Source: Rhina ancylostomus
Lineage: Eukaryota
DNA length: 64,000 bases
Assembly: GCA_030265395.1 (NCBI GenBank)
Contig: JARFYF010000007.1
Coordinates: 42,570,635-42,634,634, forward strand
Reading direction: 5' to 3'
How positions within the stretch are numbered: the first letter of the stretch is position 1; each line of letters starts with the position of its first letter. Positions 49,303 through 63,564 of the stretch are shown in pieces. The position numbers were made by a program, and so were the translations under genes. The notes beneath the pieces are model-generated. The model was given only the letters and a program-made list of their open reading frames with translations. It made no database searches and had not been told where the DNA came from.

Positions 49303-49442
49303 CTGTTGGAAGAGCTAGGGGTTGAAAAGAGGTCTATGGCTGCTGTTGTGTTAATACTTCCACCTGAAGTAGAACTGGGTGATGCTGCTGTAGTTCCAGA
49401 AGATGGATAGGATTTTTTTGCAAGTTCCCTCAAACGCTGCTC
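49303..49442 (-). CDS. PICALM: PICALM exon 11 (140 nt)
   Basis: EQRLRELAKKSYPSSGTTAASPSSTSGGSINTTAAIDLFSTPSSSN(S); DLF AP2/clathrin-type motif; cag acceptor, gtagga donor. Confidence 0.95.
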
Positions 49443-50494
49443 CTGTTAGGAAACAACTCTAACTATTTAACAAACATAAGAAAACAGTTTTAATCAGTCA
49501 CAAATCATCTCAAATACCAGCTGTTTAACGTAGGGCTTAAATTGGACAACACGAAGTTTGTTATATTAAATTGATTTTTCAGGAGTTTGTTACATTAAAC
49601 ATATGGGTGTTATTGTGTCTTTTACATGTTCACAACAATTCATGTCAACATGAAGTAGTTCACTTAAATCTATTTTGTTATGATGCTTCACAGTTTTTAA
49701 ATGAAAAAAAGTGGAAGAACCTTTGGAAAGTCTAAGTATAGATAATGAACAAATGGGGCATTGGAATGAAGTTTGGACAATCCCACTAATGTGGATACAA
49801 AGGCCCTGAAGGACAATACCAAAGGCTGCACTAAGGTGCAGGTGAATGGCAAAACATTATTGTCAAAAATCATTGAGGATTCGGCACTGTATCTTAGGAT
49901 AAATTCAGTATCATGGCCTGGTCACAGATTCAAAACAGAGTTGCAAAGGTCAGCATGGATCTGGGAGATACTCATGGAATTGACAGAAAGAAGGCAGCTG
50001 ACAATGAAGTAGGTGAAGATCTCAAAAACAGTGGCCAAGAATTGACTTTTGAAGAAGGTTTTGGTGATGGATTCGAAACTAAGGACGACAAGTTGAGAAA
50101 AGGGAACCACTTACTGTGGCATGGACACACGGGCAAGGTAAGGAAGGAGGATTTATTCAGTTGTCTGTAGTTTCATGAGATGGGTGTCAAGGAGTAGCAA
50201 TAGATCTCGTGGAGAATAAACTGAGGACACAAGGAGAGATAGGACTGAAACACAAATGCGCTAGTCAGGTAGAGCCTGGTGGTGGAGACAAGGGGCTCAG
50301 CCTGGTAAAGAGAAGCAAAGAAAATCAGCAGATTGAATTGAAATGATTGTACAAAGGATTCATGAAATGCAAAGCATTATCCTCATATTGGAACATTACC
50401 AACATGTACACGAGTCTTAAGTAACACAGCCTTGAAATTTAATTCAACTTGGACAATACGAAAGAGGAAGAAAAACAAAATCATAACACACCAC

Positions 50495-50618
50495 CTTGAG
50501 TGCTTTCAGTCGGGCCTGCTCTTCCTCCAAAGCAGCTTGTTTTTCCCTTTCATCTACTCTGCTAAGTGACATGCCAGTGTTAGAAAGTGAAGAGACTGCA
50601 TTTGAAAGGGTGCTAGCC
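50495..50618 (-). CDS. PICALM: PICALM exon 10 (124 nt)
   Basis: ASTLSNAVSSLSNTGMSLSRVDEREKQAALEEEQARLKALK; strong polypyrimidine tract plus cag, gtggtg donor. Confidence 0.96.
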
Positions 50619-50794
50619 CTGAAGGAAAAAGAGGAGAAAGAATAAAAATGAGTAGCTTAAAATATTGAAAGAAAAACATACACAAATAACAGGTCTTCAG
50701 GATTCAACAAAATCAACATAACAACTTTCATATTTTGTACAATTAAAAAAATTACCTTTTAGGACTGAAACCTTCAAATCCTTTTTTTGGAAAA

Positions 50795-51108
50795 AAACTT
50801 GCCCAATTTAGATGAATTTTAGTTTCTCAGAATTCAAAGAAACAGCTGAAGTTAATGAGTGAATGTAACAAATCAATATATGCATTCTTAAATTCTGATC
50901 TTAGAAGTCTAGCCAATTCCAACAAAAATATGGATCAAAAATATGGAGATTTTTGTTAATTCAAATTCTATTTGGGAAATTTTGGCATGAGCAAATATCA
51001 TGTGCCAAGTATGACAAAAAGTTTGCATATATTGTTACATTCGCTCATTAACATTAGCTGTTTCTTTGAATTCTGAGAAACTAAAATTCATCTCAATTGA
51101 ATAAGTTT
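50795..51108. repeat. Long inverted repeat (arms of about 90 bp), MITE/foldback-like
   Basis: agatgaattttagtttctcagaattcaaagaaacagct at about 50810 is perfectly inverted at about 51056-51093. Confidence 0.85.
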
Positions 51109-52907
51109 CCCTCCTCACCCTCAAAATTCTTGTGCATCTCCCCATTAACAGATGTGGCAATTCTGAATAGCCCAGACTAGAGGCTAGGCAGTCCAGCGAG
51201 TGGCTCTCAACTCTCTAAGTTTCTCTGCTACCTACAAGTACAAAGTGATGGAATACTCTACATGGAATAGTCTAAATGGAAAAGGATGTACATTACAAAC
51301 AGAAACTGGTCAAAGTAGTCTGTATGATCAGCACTTCAATCATTATCTCAAACATCTACATTTGGATACAACAAAACATTTTCCCCTTTAACTCTCTACA
51401 GCATTTTGGTTTAGTAAGAGAGCATAACATTTTGCATTCAGACAATGCACAGAATTGCTTTCTAATGTTTTCCTATAAAATTCAAGTTATAGTTACATAT
51501 GCAATGATACACTTTGCTTATATTTTAGATACAGAGGATGCACAGATTATGTACTTCATCAAAATCAGTCTGCTCCACTACCGAGATAGTTTACTGCAAA
51601 TCTGAAGCAGAGCACGCAGAGGATTCTTCCGACATGCAAACTAACCAAGTGACATGGCTTTGAAGTACTCACATGCCCCAATACAAGCATAGCGAGTGAA
51701 CTTGAAAACCACTCTTTCGATAATGATTCTGAGACACTGCAAGTTTTCAAAACCAAATAATGACTTAAACGGAATTTTTCACTTTTCTTTCTATCCCAGT
51801 TCATTGTTAGGAAACAACACTGGACTCAAGTTTTTGTTTAGGGAGTATTAACTTCAGGATACTCAATCGCCACAGAAAAACTAAAATGAGAACTGATCCA
51901 CAAAATGCATTTTCAACAAGGTCTCTGGTTGCATCCACACAACTATTTTAGTAAATGCCGTGTGTTACTTCAATACCCATTTTTCTGCACTTTTTTTTGC
52001 AATGGAGATCATCATTTCATTATCTTTTCAATATCTTACACACACAGTGAATTCAACATTCATTTACACCATAGCTGATGTAGATTTCAAAGGCAAAACT
52101 CAAACAAAAAGTTTAAGGACAAATTATGAGGTAGAATTTGAGAAATAAGCAAGTTACTTCAATTATATCTGTAATACCTTACTACACTTAATTGATAAAT
52201 GTTTCCTTCAGAAGGCTAGGCAAGTTTGTTCAGTTTTTTTTTCTAAAAATGCGCAGGAGCTACTATTAGTCACTTGTGTCATGAGCTGCAAACTTTGAGG
52301 TCCCAAGGAAATTCCCATCCAGTCCTTCTGCATCAGTTTTGGGACCAGATTGTTCAAAGATATCTGTATTTTTATGGATTTGCATTGCTACTCGATGACA
52401 ATTCTGGTCTTTAGGATACAAACAATAGCTTTCATTTGTACATAGCCTTAAATAGAATATCCTTCAAAGCAATTGGAAGTTTTTGATATTGAAAGCAAAC
52501 AGCAGGCCAAAAGGACTTGGTTCCAGTAGAATTAGAATGGCTAAAGCCTCTGCCATTTCTGATAAAGCAGGAAGTGAGAGAGAACGGGATACAAACCGAG
52601 AGATGAATACAGCACACAAGCTTACTAACAAAACATCCCACCTAACAGCCTAATGGCCTTTTTCATTAATAGGATCAGCTGCATTTGCAGTGCCAGTGGA
52701 GGCAAAGTCTAAGAACCTTACATGTCAACTCATTGACAGTCTCTTTTAAGTCAAAGGGTCCCTTTCTGCGTAACACCATATCTCCCAGACCTGCATCATG
52801 AAGGTAGAAATAATGAATCCTGATAGCTGGTTTGTCATATTCATGTTCATGTGTATTTTGTTTTTACACAAGTTGACAGTACAACTGTTTAGCTCATTGC
52901 AAATTAC

Positions 52908-52996
52908 CTGCTAGCAGCTGTTGAAGAGTCTTTAACTTTCTTTCCTTCCAATGAAGCTAGATGCTGTTCTAATGCATCAAGGAGGCTACTTGGTGC
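52908..52996 (-). CDS. PICALM: PICALM exon 9 (89 nt)
   Basis: APSSLLDALEQHLASLEGKKVKDSSTAAS(R); tag acceptor, gtaatt donor. Confidence 0.96.
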
Positions 52997-54859
52997 CTAT
53001 GATGTAAAGAAAAAACTGCAATATCATGCAAATAGCTAAGATTTTGTTAAAAACTGTACCAGATTTTTAATCCTTCAATTATGAAATTACTGAGCAGAAT
53101 CTCCAAACCCAAGTGATGACCTTCAGTTCTCAGAAATTTAAACAAAGCAAGACTCTTTGAATGAAAATACGATAGCTTCTGCATAGTTAAATTTGCATAT
53201 TCCAATTCACTCAGCCAGAAGAAATATTCTCAAAGAACATTTTAAAAGAAGTCCATTCTATTAGGATGGTAGCCCTTATAAACTGGTCATGAAAATTACT
53301 CAAGTTCTGCTACTGGCTGTGCCACATAAATTTGTTCTTTTCACCTAGTCACATTTCATTGGTTTAATATTGTTAGTTCATAACTGCAAAACAGGACTTT
53401 TCTACTTTATTCATTAAATTTTACCCATTAAAGAAAATTTAATGAAAATAAATCCCATTTTGCAATTATACATTGACAATATTAAACCAATATTTTTTTC
53501 TTTGCAAAGATGTTCAGCTCTCCTGTTAATTGTAAGTTTCAAGCATAAATTGACAGAGATTGGCAATAACAAGTACAGAACTGAATATTTTCAATACACC
53601 ACTGCCAAAGTCATTTGGCTCAATGGACAAACTTTATATGGAAATGTCAAATGGAAGCAGACATTTTAAAAATGAAAAATCCAAGGAAAGTAATATCATG
53701 AGGAAATGTTTCTAACTTCAAAACAAAATAGAGAAACAAAAATTTGTGTCCTTGATACTGACTTTAAATATACAGTACATTTTTGCAAATGCCAACAAGT
53801 CAATTTTTTGGCAAGTCAGAAAATATATTCAATGATAATCATGCATTTACAGTACTGCAATGAATAGCATCAAAAGCACATGCATAAGTTATAGGAAGGA
53901 ACAATTACAGTGAGCGCAAAAATAGTTCTGCCATTTGGAGGCATGAGTATTTTTGAAATTAATTTTCTCAGAATTCATTTGTATGAAGGGAATGTACATA
54001 AGTCAGACATTCGAAATCCAAGGAGGGCTTGTATGACGCTTTAAAAAAAATTGTTCACATGACCAGAAAAAAATCAGTTTTCATTATTTCAGTTGCTGCA
54101 ATTCTAAATAGAAAGCAACATTAATGATGAATCATGTAAACATGCTACTACAACATGGAGATTAAATTTATAGTCAAATTTTTATTCTAAAATCTCTATT
54201 ATTTTAGGATCAATTTACCATCTCTTGGTCAAATTCAAAGCAAATTTGTCAACTTTTGGTTTCCCTTAACAAAGTACTGTACTTGCAAATCTCTCTAGTT
54301 TTGCCATTACAATGACGTGCAAATGGAGCTGAGACCAAATTTGAAGACGTAACTAAATTAGGAAATATAATAAGAAATAAAGGGGACATTGATGGAGTGA
54401 TACAAGTGGCAGATGAATAAAACTTTCAAACTGGAGAAAAATTAGCATTTACTTCAGACAGTATGCCCGAAAGGAACATTTTTGTTGCAAGGGATATGCA
54501 AAAGGCTTTTTAGCTTCAGCAAATATACTCAAAAAAGCAATGTAGATAGTGGAAATCTGAAATAAAAACAGAAAACCCTGGAAATTTTCAGCACGTGGGA
54601 AAAGAAACAAAACTACCCTGCTCTGGAAGATCAGTGACCAGAAATGTTTTTCTCTTCACAGATGTTGTCTGACCAACATAGTATTTCCAATGTTTTTCTG
54701 TCTTGAAATGGGCAAATACATTTGATCTCCAGAAGTTTAAATGACTCCAAGAGTCTGTAATGATTTTCAAGAACAATGTTGATTACATTTCAAAATGGCA
54801 GCAACCACTAATAATTTACAATAGTGAACCTTTTCTCACCTGCCTCTTTAGTCAATTCC

Positions 54860-55290
54860 TGGGATGAAGGAGTTACCTTATCAGCAAAATGGTACTATAC
54901 TAATTGGAGGTTGGAAGAATAGGAGATGGTTTCATTGAAAGAAAATATTTTGAGCAGGGGTACTGAGATGTTTCCTCTTGTAGGGAAAGCTGCAGCTCAT
55001 GGGTATAAGTTCAAAATAGAGGATCACAAAATTAAGCTGTTGATGAGGAAGGATCTCTTTTCCACAGAAGATTGGGAATGTTTTGCATTCTTTACTTGAG
55101 AGAACTAAAGACACAGAATCACAGAGTACCTTCAATGCTGAGATGGACAGACTGTTGGCCTGTAATGGATATGGCAAAATGGCCGGAAAATGGAGCTCAG
55201 ATCAGATCAGAATAATCATGATCTCACAAGCTGGCTGGAGGAGCGATATAGTCTCTTTAGCCCTGTTCTTATGCTCTTATGTTCCAAGTG
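54860..55290 (+). mobile_element. Decayed CR1 LINE 3' fragment
   Basis: ttggaggttggaagaataggagatggtttcattgaaa and ttcaatgctgagatggacagactgttg motifs of the CR1 3' end. Confidence 0.65.
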
Positions 55291-55897
55291 TAAAATCTGC
55301 TAAGAACCAGTCTAAAAGGTCCATGACGTAAAACTTATTTTAAAAATGCTTTAACTGTTTCTTTATGTAGTGTTTAAGAATGGTAACTGGGAAGAAAACT
55401 CATCAAGCTTGATACAGTTGAAAATGGACATATCATTAAAAACAAAAAGCATCTTAAAACAGTGTCAATTTAACACCTGATTACCCAGTTTTACGTTTCT
55501 TAAATAGCTTAACAAACATACAGATCTATATTCTGGTTGAATCAGGGTATATCAGTTCCATCAATTGCATACCTATTAGGTCCTTGCATACAAAAGACCC
55601 AGAATAAGTTTTGAAGCCCAGCAAAACAGTGCAATTAGCAGAAACTCTCAATGGCTGTCAATTCATCCAAGGATATGGCATCTTTTGTAGGCAGGACCTG
55701 CTCATTGCAGGTTGCTTTTTAAGCTAGGATACAACTTGTCAAAATCCGAAACTGCATTGAATACAAATTCTCTGCCAAAATTCTTCACTCTTTTGTGGAA
55801 TGTCCCAGGAATTTCCCCAAGGCCAAGGATAAACTGAATTTACTCTATTTCTCATCACTTAAATTGTGAAACATCACACGAGTTCAATGGGTAAATA

Positions 55898-56160
55898 TAG
55901 GCAACCCCCCACATTACAGTAATTCGGGTATGTCCTTACGGAAACCACATGTCACTACCCAAAAAAAATGCGAGATATGAAATAAAATTTGCTCTCACAG
56001 AATTTGTGTGAAATAAACTTTTTTTAAAATCAACTCGTGAATCTTGTGTAGATGGTGCATCTTCACTTTACAGAGAGTCGCGATACAGACCTATAAATGC
56101 AATTTTCTATAAACACAAACACAACACCCCACCCCCATGCCAAAACATGAGAGTCACCTG
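55898..56160. mobile_element. Same MITE family, copy 3
   Basis: TA|taggcaaccccccacattacag ... gagtcacctg|TA; internal ctctcacagaattt motif shared with the other copies. Confidence 0.6.
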
Positions 56161-56219
56161 TAATTAGAACACTTCAGACACTGTTAGCAACTGCATCCAA
56201 TTCAGAGAAAGATGCCTAC

Positions 56220-56261
56220 CTGAGAAAGATCTGGTATGTCGCCCCTGTCAATTCCAACTTG
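56220..56261 (-). CDS. PICALM: PICALM exon 8 (42 nt)
   Basis: QVGIDRGDIPDLSQ; cag acceptor, gtaggc donor. Confidence 0.96.
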
Positions 56262-56364
56262 CTGTGTTTAACAAAGAAATACACATAGTTAACAACAAAT
56301 AATTTTCATATTTAAAAAAACTTTTAATATTTTAGGATATAGTTTACCATGTAGAAAACCTTAC

Positions 56365-56471
56365 TTCAGCAACTTTAAGGAATTCTGAGATCCTTGTCAT
56401 TCTAGTAAGGAACTTCTTATATATATCAAGAGCCTCCTTGCACTGGTTTTTCTTCATATCGAAGTATTTCT
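56365..56471 (-). CDS. PICALM: PICALM exon 7 (107 nt)
   Basis: (E)[35 protein letters not shown]; tag acceptor, gtaagg donor. Confidence 0.97.
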
Positions 56472-57679
56472 CTAGCAAATATTAAACATTGACAATTAAA
56501 TGCATGTTCAACAGTTAGCTTTTGCAACTCTCAGAGTCATTCCAGACTCTGATCACAGGCCTGACAAGTACACATGCTAGGTATTGCTGTTTAACTTACT
56601 ACGTTACTGGATAGACAAACCTGCCATTGAGAAATCTTTAATCACAAATAAAAAGGGAACTAATTATTTTTTTTAGGCAATACAATCCAACATCCTATCA
56701 GCTGCAACCCAAGCACCACAGACTTTCATTCGTTTTTAACCATATTACAAATTTCTTCATTTTATAACCGTAAGAACCGCACCACAAATTACAGAAAAGG
56801 CAGGGTCAAAATAAATGTAAAGTGGCGCTTATAAACAAGTTATATTGTCCCAAAGCAAGTAATAGAACAATTTTTTCCCAAACTGCAACTGTTATCATTA
56901 CTTGGTATTAATACAAGAGAATTGTAATCACAAGACCAAACCTCGAATAAATTTGTCATCTAAATTCAGAGGCAAGATTTCCCAGTGTTATGATTTATTC
57001 CTAAATTGAGACTAAAGCCTAGATCCTGCCAGCTCTTGCTGGCATTCTTCACCTCCAATTCTGGCAGGTTTCAGGACTCATGTGCAAAAATCAGAAATTC
57101 CCAAGCTTACGGGCAAAGCTCTATAGTCATTTCCCACCAATGTCCCACCACTGGAATCCATGACTGAGCAGAATTAAGCTGAAAATTCTGCAAGGTTGAG
57201 GGCAGCACTTTGCTAGCTGTCAAAGACTTCCAGAGTTTCATGAGAAAGCCTTATTCTTGCTCACCCAGGTCATATTATTATGTCATCTGATGCCCAGTCA
57301 TGAGCTGGCCACTGCAATTGCTCTGCAACTGTAACACTATATTCTGTATTGTTATTGCTTTTCTCTTGTACTACAAAAATGTACTTGCGTTTTCAAATGA
57401 TCCATATGGATGGCATGCAATACTAAGTTGTTCCACTGTAACTCGATACATATGATAATAAAAAACCAATTCCACCATGAGACTGGTCAAACAAAACTGG
57501 CCACCTAGATTTGGCAAAGTCTGACGAAAAGCATTAATGACAAATTGGGATGCAGGAGAAAACCCAAGTGGTCAAGGGAGAATGTACAAACTCGATGGAA
57601 CCTGGGTGTCTGGCACTGCAAGGCAGTGGTTCCAATTGCTGCACCACTGTGCTGTCTGTGGTTTCATGCAAAAGTGCAG

Positions 57680-58430
57680 CAAGGAGAGTTGGTATTGGAG
57701 AATGATAAATGCACCAGTTTCACATAAGAAAATTTTCCCCTTGGAATTCCAAGGGAGGGGAACAGGGAACAGTGTTGCATTGGTGATATTGGAATTTAAA
57801 GAGAACAATTGATTGAATGCAAAGGCTGGTGGAGTGAAAGGAGAGTCAAGAGAAACCCTGTTCTTGCTGGAATGAGAAACAGCAGAGGTGCAGAAAATGG
57901 AACAGACTCAAATTGCTTTGGCAACTACAGTGAAAGGAGAACAATGATTAACAAAAAAAGACAAACATCAGTAGCAATGATTTAGAAGCTGGCACCATCA
58001 GAACAAAGTGTGACATGAACACAGAAACTGGAAGAATGGAGTCCTTACAGGGAGGGGGAAGTGGGGAAGCAAGAGTAATCAAAATAATTATGGGAATCCA
58101 TGAACTTGTGCTGGATGCAGGTCCCTCACCTACAACCTTAATCGGAGATGAAAAGATCAAGAAAGCAAACATAGAAATGCAGCATGTGAAAAATTAGGTC
58201 AGTGTAGAAACAGGTAACGAAAGCAAGGAAACTTGATTTTGGTACAACAGGAAGCAACATCAAGAGTCATTGATAAACCACAAAAATGATGAGCGAGGGG
58301 GCCTGAGTGATACTAAAAGCAAGGAATTTTCCCCACGTATTTTCTACGGAGGCAGACACAGCTTAAGACCATGGGTTTCCATTTGATCTGGAAGAAATGA
58401 ATGGGAGTTGGAAGTAGCTTAGTGTAATTA
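57680..58430 (-). mobile_element. Highly decayed Penelope-like RT fragment
   Basis: Reverse complement at about 58380 resembles the MGPSYACLFVGYVE motif; boundaries approximate. Confidence 0.45.
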
Positions 58431-61400
58431 AAAAAGTCATTAATCTGGACCATTAGTACTGTTTCCGTTTCAACAGGCTCTGCCCAACCTTCTGCGTATT
58501 TCTACCATTTTGTTTTTATTTCAGATTTCCAGCATTTGCAGTATTTTGCATTGGGGGCTAGCGATAAAACTAAATGTTACGGATATCTTTATATCACTAT
58601 CCATGAAAACCTAAGAGACTTTTAAAAAGTTGCCAAGCACCATATCACCAGGTAATTTATCAGCAACTTTGTGCTTCTGAATTTATATAGTCATTGAACA
58701 GAACACCTACAGACTCTCCCAAAAACTCCACCCAAGAAAAATTCAATACCCCTTAGATTTTAGCAAATAAACTGTGAAGTTGAATTGTGGTTTACTACAT
58801 TTTACAAACATATTGATCTTTATTCAATATCTGCAAAAAGAACAATACAATCACAATTTGAATTTTCACTCTATGGGCTGTGTGGCCATCTACAAATTAA
58901 ACATGCCTGCATATCATGGACACTGACCAGGGAACTCTACACTTAGGGATAAAAGAACACGAATCAAAGCTTGAAGCAAACTTTTATTTGTCCCTTGTAG
59001 AACTTTCTTGCATACGAAACAGCCTGTGATATTTCTGTAATGTGTTGCTCACATCATGATGGAAAAAAATTCCAAATTTTATCTTTGTCTCTTATCTTAA
59101 CTTTAAAAGCAGTTTTAAAAATAAACTGGTACGAATTTCAAATGTTGGAAAGAATTCAGTAAACAAATACTTAGTTTGTACTAGACAAGCAAATGATTGG
59201 AAATTCACATCTGAAATTTAATGCTGATGTGGTCTTTTTGAGAAAAGAATGCGCTGAATCACAGAAATGCATAGCTGGAACAAAGCTTTTCCCAAAACAA
59301 TTGCTGCAAACATTAAAACACAACAGAATTGCCAGCTTTCTTTTTCTGGCCAGTTTGTTCTCCCCCTCCCCCGCCCCCCCACCCACCATTCCTCTCCTGA
59401 CAGTATGGTGTTTTGCTATCCAATTTCTTTTCCAGCACAATGACCCCCAAATGGCTTTCCCAGAAAGTCTGCACAGCAATTGTCACAAAGGCAATTTAAT
59501 CTCAGAGGCTACTGATGGAATCATTGACCAATCCAAACCAAGTCGAGTAGCATCAACTGTTCACTTCCCTCTATAAATGCTGCCTAATCCATTGAGTTCC
59601 TTCAGCATCTCGCGTGTCACAACCTTTTCCTTGCCTGATAAGCAGACTTCACCCCTGAAATAGTCATCAGGAATAAAGGGAAGCCAATGCTGACTTGTAC
59701 AAGGATGGGCCAGTTCCTAGCAAAGAATGACGGAAGCAGCATTGCAGCTTTTTGGACAGGCGTATCATTAAAATTCCATTGAAGTATTAGATGAATGATT
59801 GTAAACTTACACCCCAAGGAGGTTAATATCAGCAGAAAAGCAACTACAGGTTCAAGATCTAATAAAAGTTTGATGATGCAGNNNNNNNNNNNNNNNNNNN
59901 NNNNNNNNNNNNNNNNNNNNNNNNNNNNNNNNNNNNNNNNNNNNNNNNNNNNNNNNNNNNNNNNNNNNNNNNNNNNNNNNNNNNNNNNNNNNNNNNNNNN
60001 NNNNNNNNNNNNNNNNNNNNNNNNNNNNNNNNNNNNNNNNNNNNNNNNNNNNNNNNNNNNNNNNNNNNNNNNNNNNNNNNNNNNNNNNNNNNNNNNNNNN
60101 NNNNNNNNNNNNNNNNNNACTAATCTGACGGCAACATTGGGTAGCTATTCACTAATTTTTACATTACAATACCCAATTACAATGTAATGTAATTTACATA
60201 TGAACAGGTCAACTTAAAAAAAATTGTTTTACAACCCCATGACCAGCAGGAATCATATGCTCTTCCATAATAATACCATTCATTTCTGCATTTTGTTAAT
60301 TACGCAAGGAATTTATATTAAGGTTTACAAAAATAAATTAGAATGAAAGTTTCACATGCACAGAACTGGCTATTTTTCCATGGGGTAATAGATATTCCTG
60401 TGGAAAAAAAGTAAGTTTTTTTTTTAAATTCACAAGTTCAGTGGACAGAAAACAATAATCTGGTTGGATAAACCCATTATCCTAAATTTTAGTCATTTCA
60501 TAATCCATCAGTTTCCATCCAAATTGATAGTAGATTAAGATGTGCAGCAACCAAGAAATGGTTACAGTATTTCCCCTTGACACAAATTTCAAACTATAGC
60601 AACACATGTTCCTATTTGGTGATCTGATGCCAGTCATCTGGTGGCTCACTAATCAGCAAATCAAATATATTTAATGCTTTTCAGCAAAGTTCAAGTTTCA
60701 TTCACCATGTCCGCCTTATCCTGTCGAGTTAGCCGACCTCTTCTAGGAAGTGCTACAGGTACTATAGTTGGTGCTTCTGATTTAAGGAACAAATCATGCA
60801 AGCTTTCTGGTCCTAAACGTTAAGTACCTTCTGCTGTAAGTTCCTGAGTGACAAATGAGGAAAGAATCAGTTTCAGCTGTGATAAATAATCCTGCATAAC
60901 TTTGTAAGCATAGCAAATGGTCACTGCACCCATCCCAAATACCTGCTCACAAAAGAACCAGACATCTCTCCTCATTGTGTTTATATTTCTCACCCTCTAT
61001 AATAAAAATTCATTTGTTAGTATCACAGCAGATCCTGACCCCCAGCATCAGTCATCCTTTTCAAACAAGCACACTTTTAGTTATTTATCCACGTTTTTCT
61101 CAAACACAACACTCAATATCACTGGACTCAATGTCAATGTTCACATTAATAACCACAAGGCTGATCTACCAAAAGTTACCATGGTATCTAGAAATGGAGA
61201 GAGAAAAATGAGAGGAAAAAAGGAAAGTAGTATGGTACTGAGACATCAAATCTGTTTGTAGCTTTTTTATATAAACTTTAAAAAAAAGCACTTAATACCA
61301 TTATGTGAAAATTCCATTGAGAACAAAAATATTAACACATTCCTTTACATATTCAAAATGATGGCTAATAGATTACATTGTCAAATCTTTACTGAATTCA

Positions 61401-63452
61401 TATTTTTAAGCAATGATCACCTAATCTGTAGATACCATCTTTTATAATAGTGTTGTTGTTGCATTGTACATTTTATTAGCACCATTGTCAAATTACAAGG
61501 TGTTCTTGCATTTTTAACCTTTCCTGCAATTCCCCGATATGTCTTGTCAGCTCAGTTGCTATACATATTGCATGCTTCTTTAACTGTGCACTCAAGTCAT
61601 TATATTTTTATTTCAAGTGGTACATAACACATGCATGGCAAAATACACCAGATAGGCACATGATGCTTCACACAATGAGAGGAGAAAGAGAGCTAAGCTG
61701 TAATACAAGTTGGAGAACAGGAGAAATGGAGCTCTGATGGACCCAGAACAAATGGAAAACACAGACAGATAACCTGTAGAAGTAGTGTCTACCTTGGCTA
61801 CTGTTCGCCCTAAAAGTTCTTTACAGTCATTCAAAAAGAAATGAAGTTGAGGCAATGTTGTAATACATAAAAGGTCGCAGCCAATCTGTACACATAGGCA
61901 ATGTGATAATGACTTGATAATCCGTGTAGTGTTAAATGACGGCCAGGGCAGTGAAGATGACCAATTGCCTCATTTGAAATAATTCATGTGATGTACATCT
62001 GCACGAGAGGACAGGATTAACCCTGTTTAATGCCTCATCCAAAAGCTGACACATTATGCAGTACAGAGCTCTCACTGTTGACGTGAAAAAGGATCGAATC
62101 TTTAACCTTCTGAATTAGCAGTAGCATTACCAGTTAAGTATCCCAACAACACAGGGAGGAGCTCCAACTGTACAAAGACGGACTTAATGAAAAAAAAATC
62201 ATCATTTGACACCAGCGACTGGGGCAAGACAAGCATATCAGAAAAATTTTTTTTAAATACTTTTCTTGGAAATTTAGCTTATCACTTGTTAGATTCAACT
62301 TGTTCTATATCTATTTATTCACTTGCGATTTTGAGCACATAATTGAGCCAAGGTGCAAGTGTGCCAGTAACCCTGGATCTCAAATGATCATATCACTAAT
62401 GAACTTTATTTCAAGACAAAGTCTCAGGCTGTGAAGGGGGAAAAAATAAATTTCACATTGGTACAGTACATCCAGCAGACTAATGGATAGTAATTTAAAA
62501 AATCATATTCTATATATTAAAAGTCATTTCTATAATGTGCATTTACAACATCTGATACTTTATGAATAAAGTACAATCACAAGGCATGTCTTTGGCCATT
62601 CCCCTCAAACCTATTATGATTTTGCCTTTACTGAAATTCTCAATAAATCTCATCAAAAATACATTTAATAACCAAATGGCATTCTTGTAAAAGGAAAATA
62701 TACATCTTAAAATGATGGGTTAAAAATGAGAAACTGTATATTTCTCAAACATCTAGCATAAGATACATCAAAGTGCCTTTTACAGTATATCTCTGATAAT
62801 CCAGCATGTTCAGGACTTTAGTGGTGCTGGACCAGCAGATTTTCCAGACTAGTGGATGTTATTTCTACTAATACCCATACACTTTAAATTCATATTTTAG
62901 ATGTCACCCTGCAGAAGTAACAAGTTTTCCAGTGACCCAGGAGAGTTTAAACAAAGCATGGGAACTGGGGCCCTGGCCAGTAGGAAGGGAGCACAAGAAA
63001 CATTTTCTGCTGAGCCAGATGATGACGATGAACCATCAGGATTTCTGAATAACTGGATAATGGTGAATGATAGAAAAAAAAGGGGGCTATGTGGGAGGGA
63101 AAGGTTAGATAGAGCAGGTTAAAATGTCAGCACAACACTGTGGGCTGAAGGGCCTGTACTGTGCTGTACTGTTCTAATGTTCACCACAGTTTTACGATAT
63201 TGATTCTTGGAACAATATAGGTTGTACAGGAACAATATTGATCCATGGTTTTACTATCTTGATTCTCGGCACTGGTGGAAAGGCCAGCACTTATTGCCCA
63301 TCCCTAACTGCCCTTGAGAAGGTGACGGCAAGACCTTCTGAATGTACTCCCACAACTCTAGTGTAGGGAGTTCCAGGATTTAAACACCACAACAACATAG
63401 CCGACAGCCTTAAACAAGGTGGATTTGCACCCCTGAAGGAAAAATAACTTAC

Positions 63453-63564
63453 CCAAGAGGTTAATGATCCCTTCGTTGTATGCTGCAAAAAGTCTAATGG
63501 CATCTTTGAAGAGTAGCATAAAAGCTGCGTTGATTACACCATTTGTGAGCTCATTGGCACTGAC
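63453..63564 (-). CDS. PICALM: PICALM exon 6 (112 nt), ANTH domain
   Basis: [37 protein letters not shown]; cag acceptor, G|gtaag donor. Confidence 0.97.

Larger units (their letters stand above)
7728..63564 (-). other. PICALM: PICALM gene, partial span (exon 6 to exon 20 equivalents; 5' exons and last exon not seen)
   Basis: 17 GT-AG exons with compatible phases encode the ANTH C-terminal half and the disordered tail. The peptides match recalled human PICALM (e.g. [52 protein letters not shown]) better than SNAP91. Confidence 0.97.

Noticed and set aside
7728-63564. Assignment to the paralogue SNAP91 (AP180)
   Set aside because: Exon sizes, the NGMHFPQY microexon and the short tail match PICALM; the long DLF-repeat region of AP180 is absent
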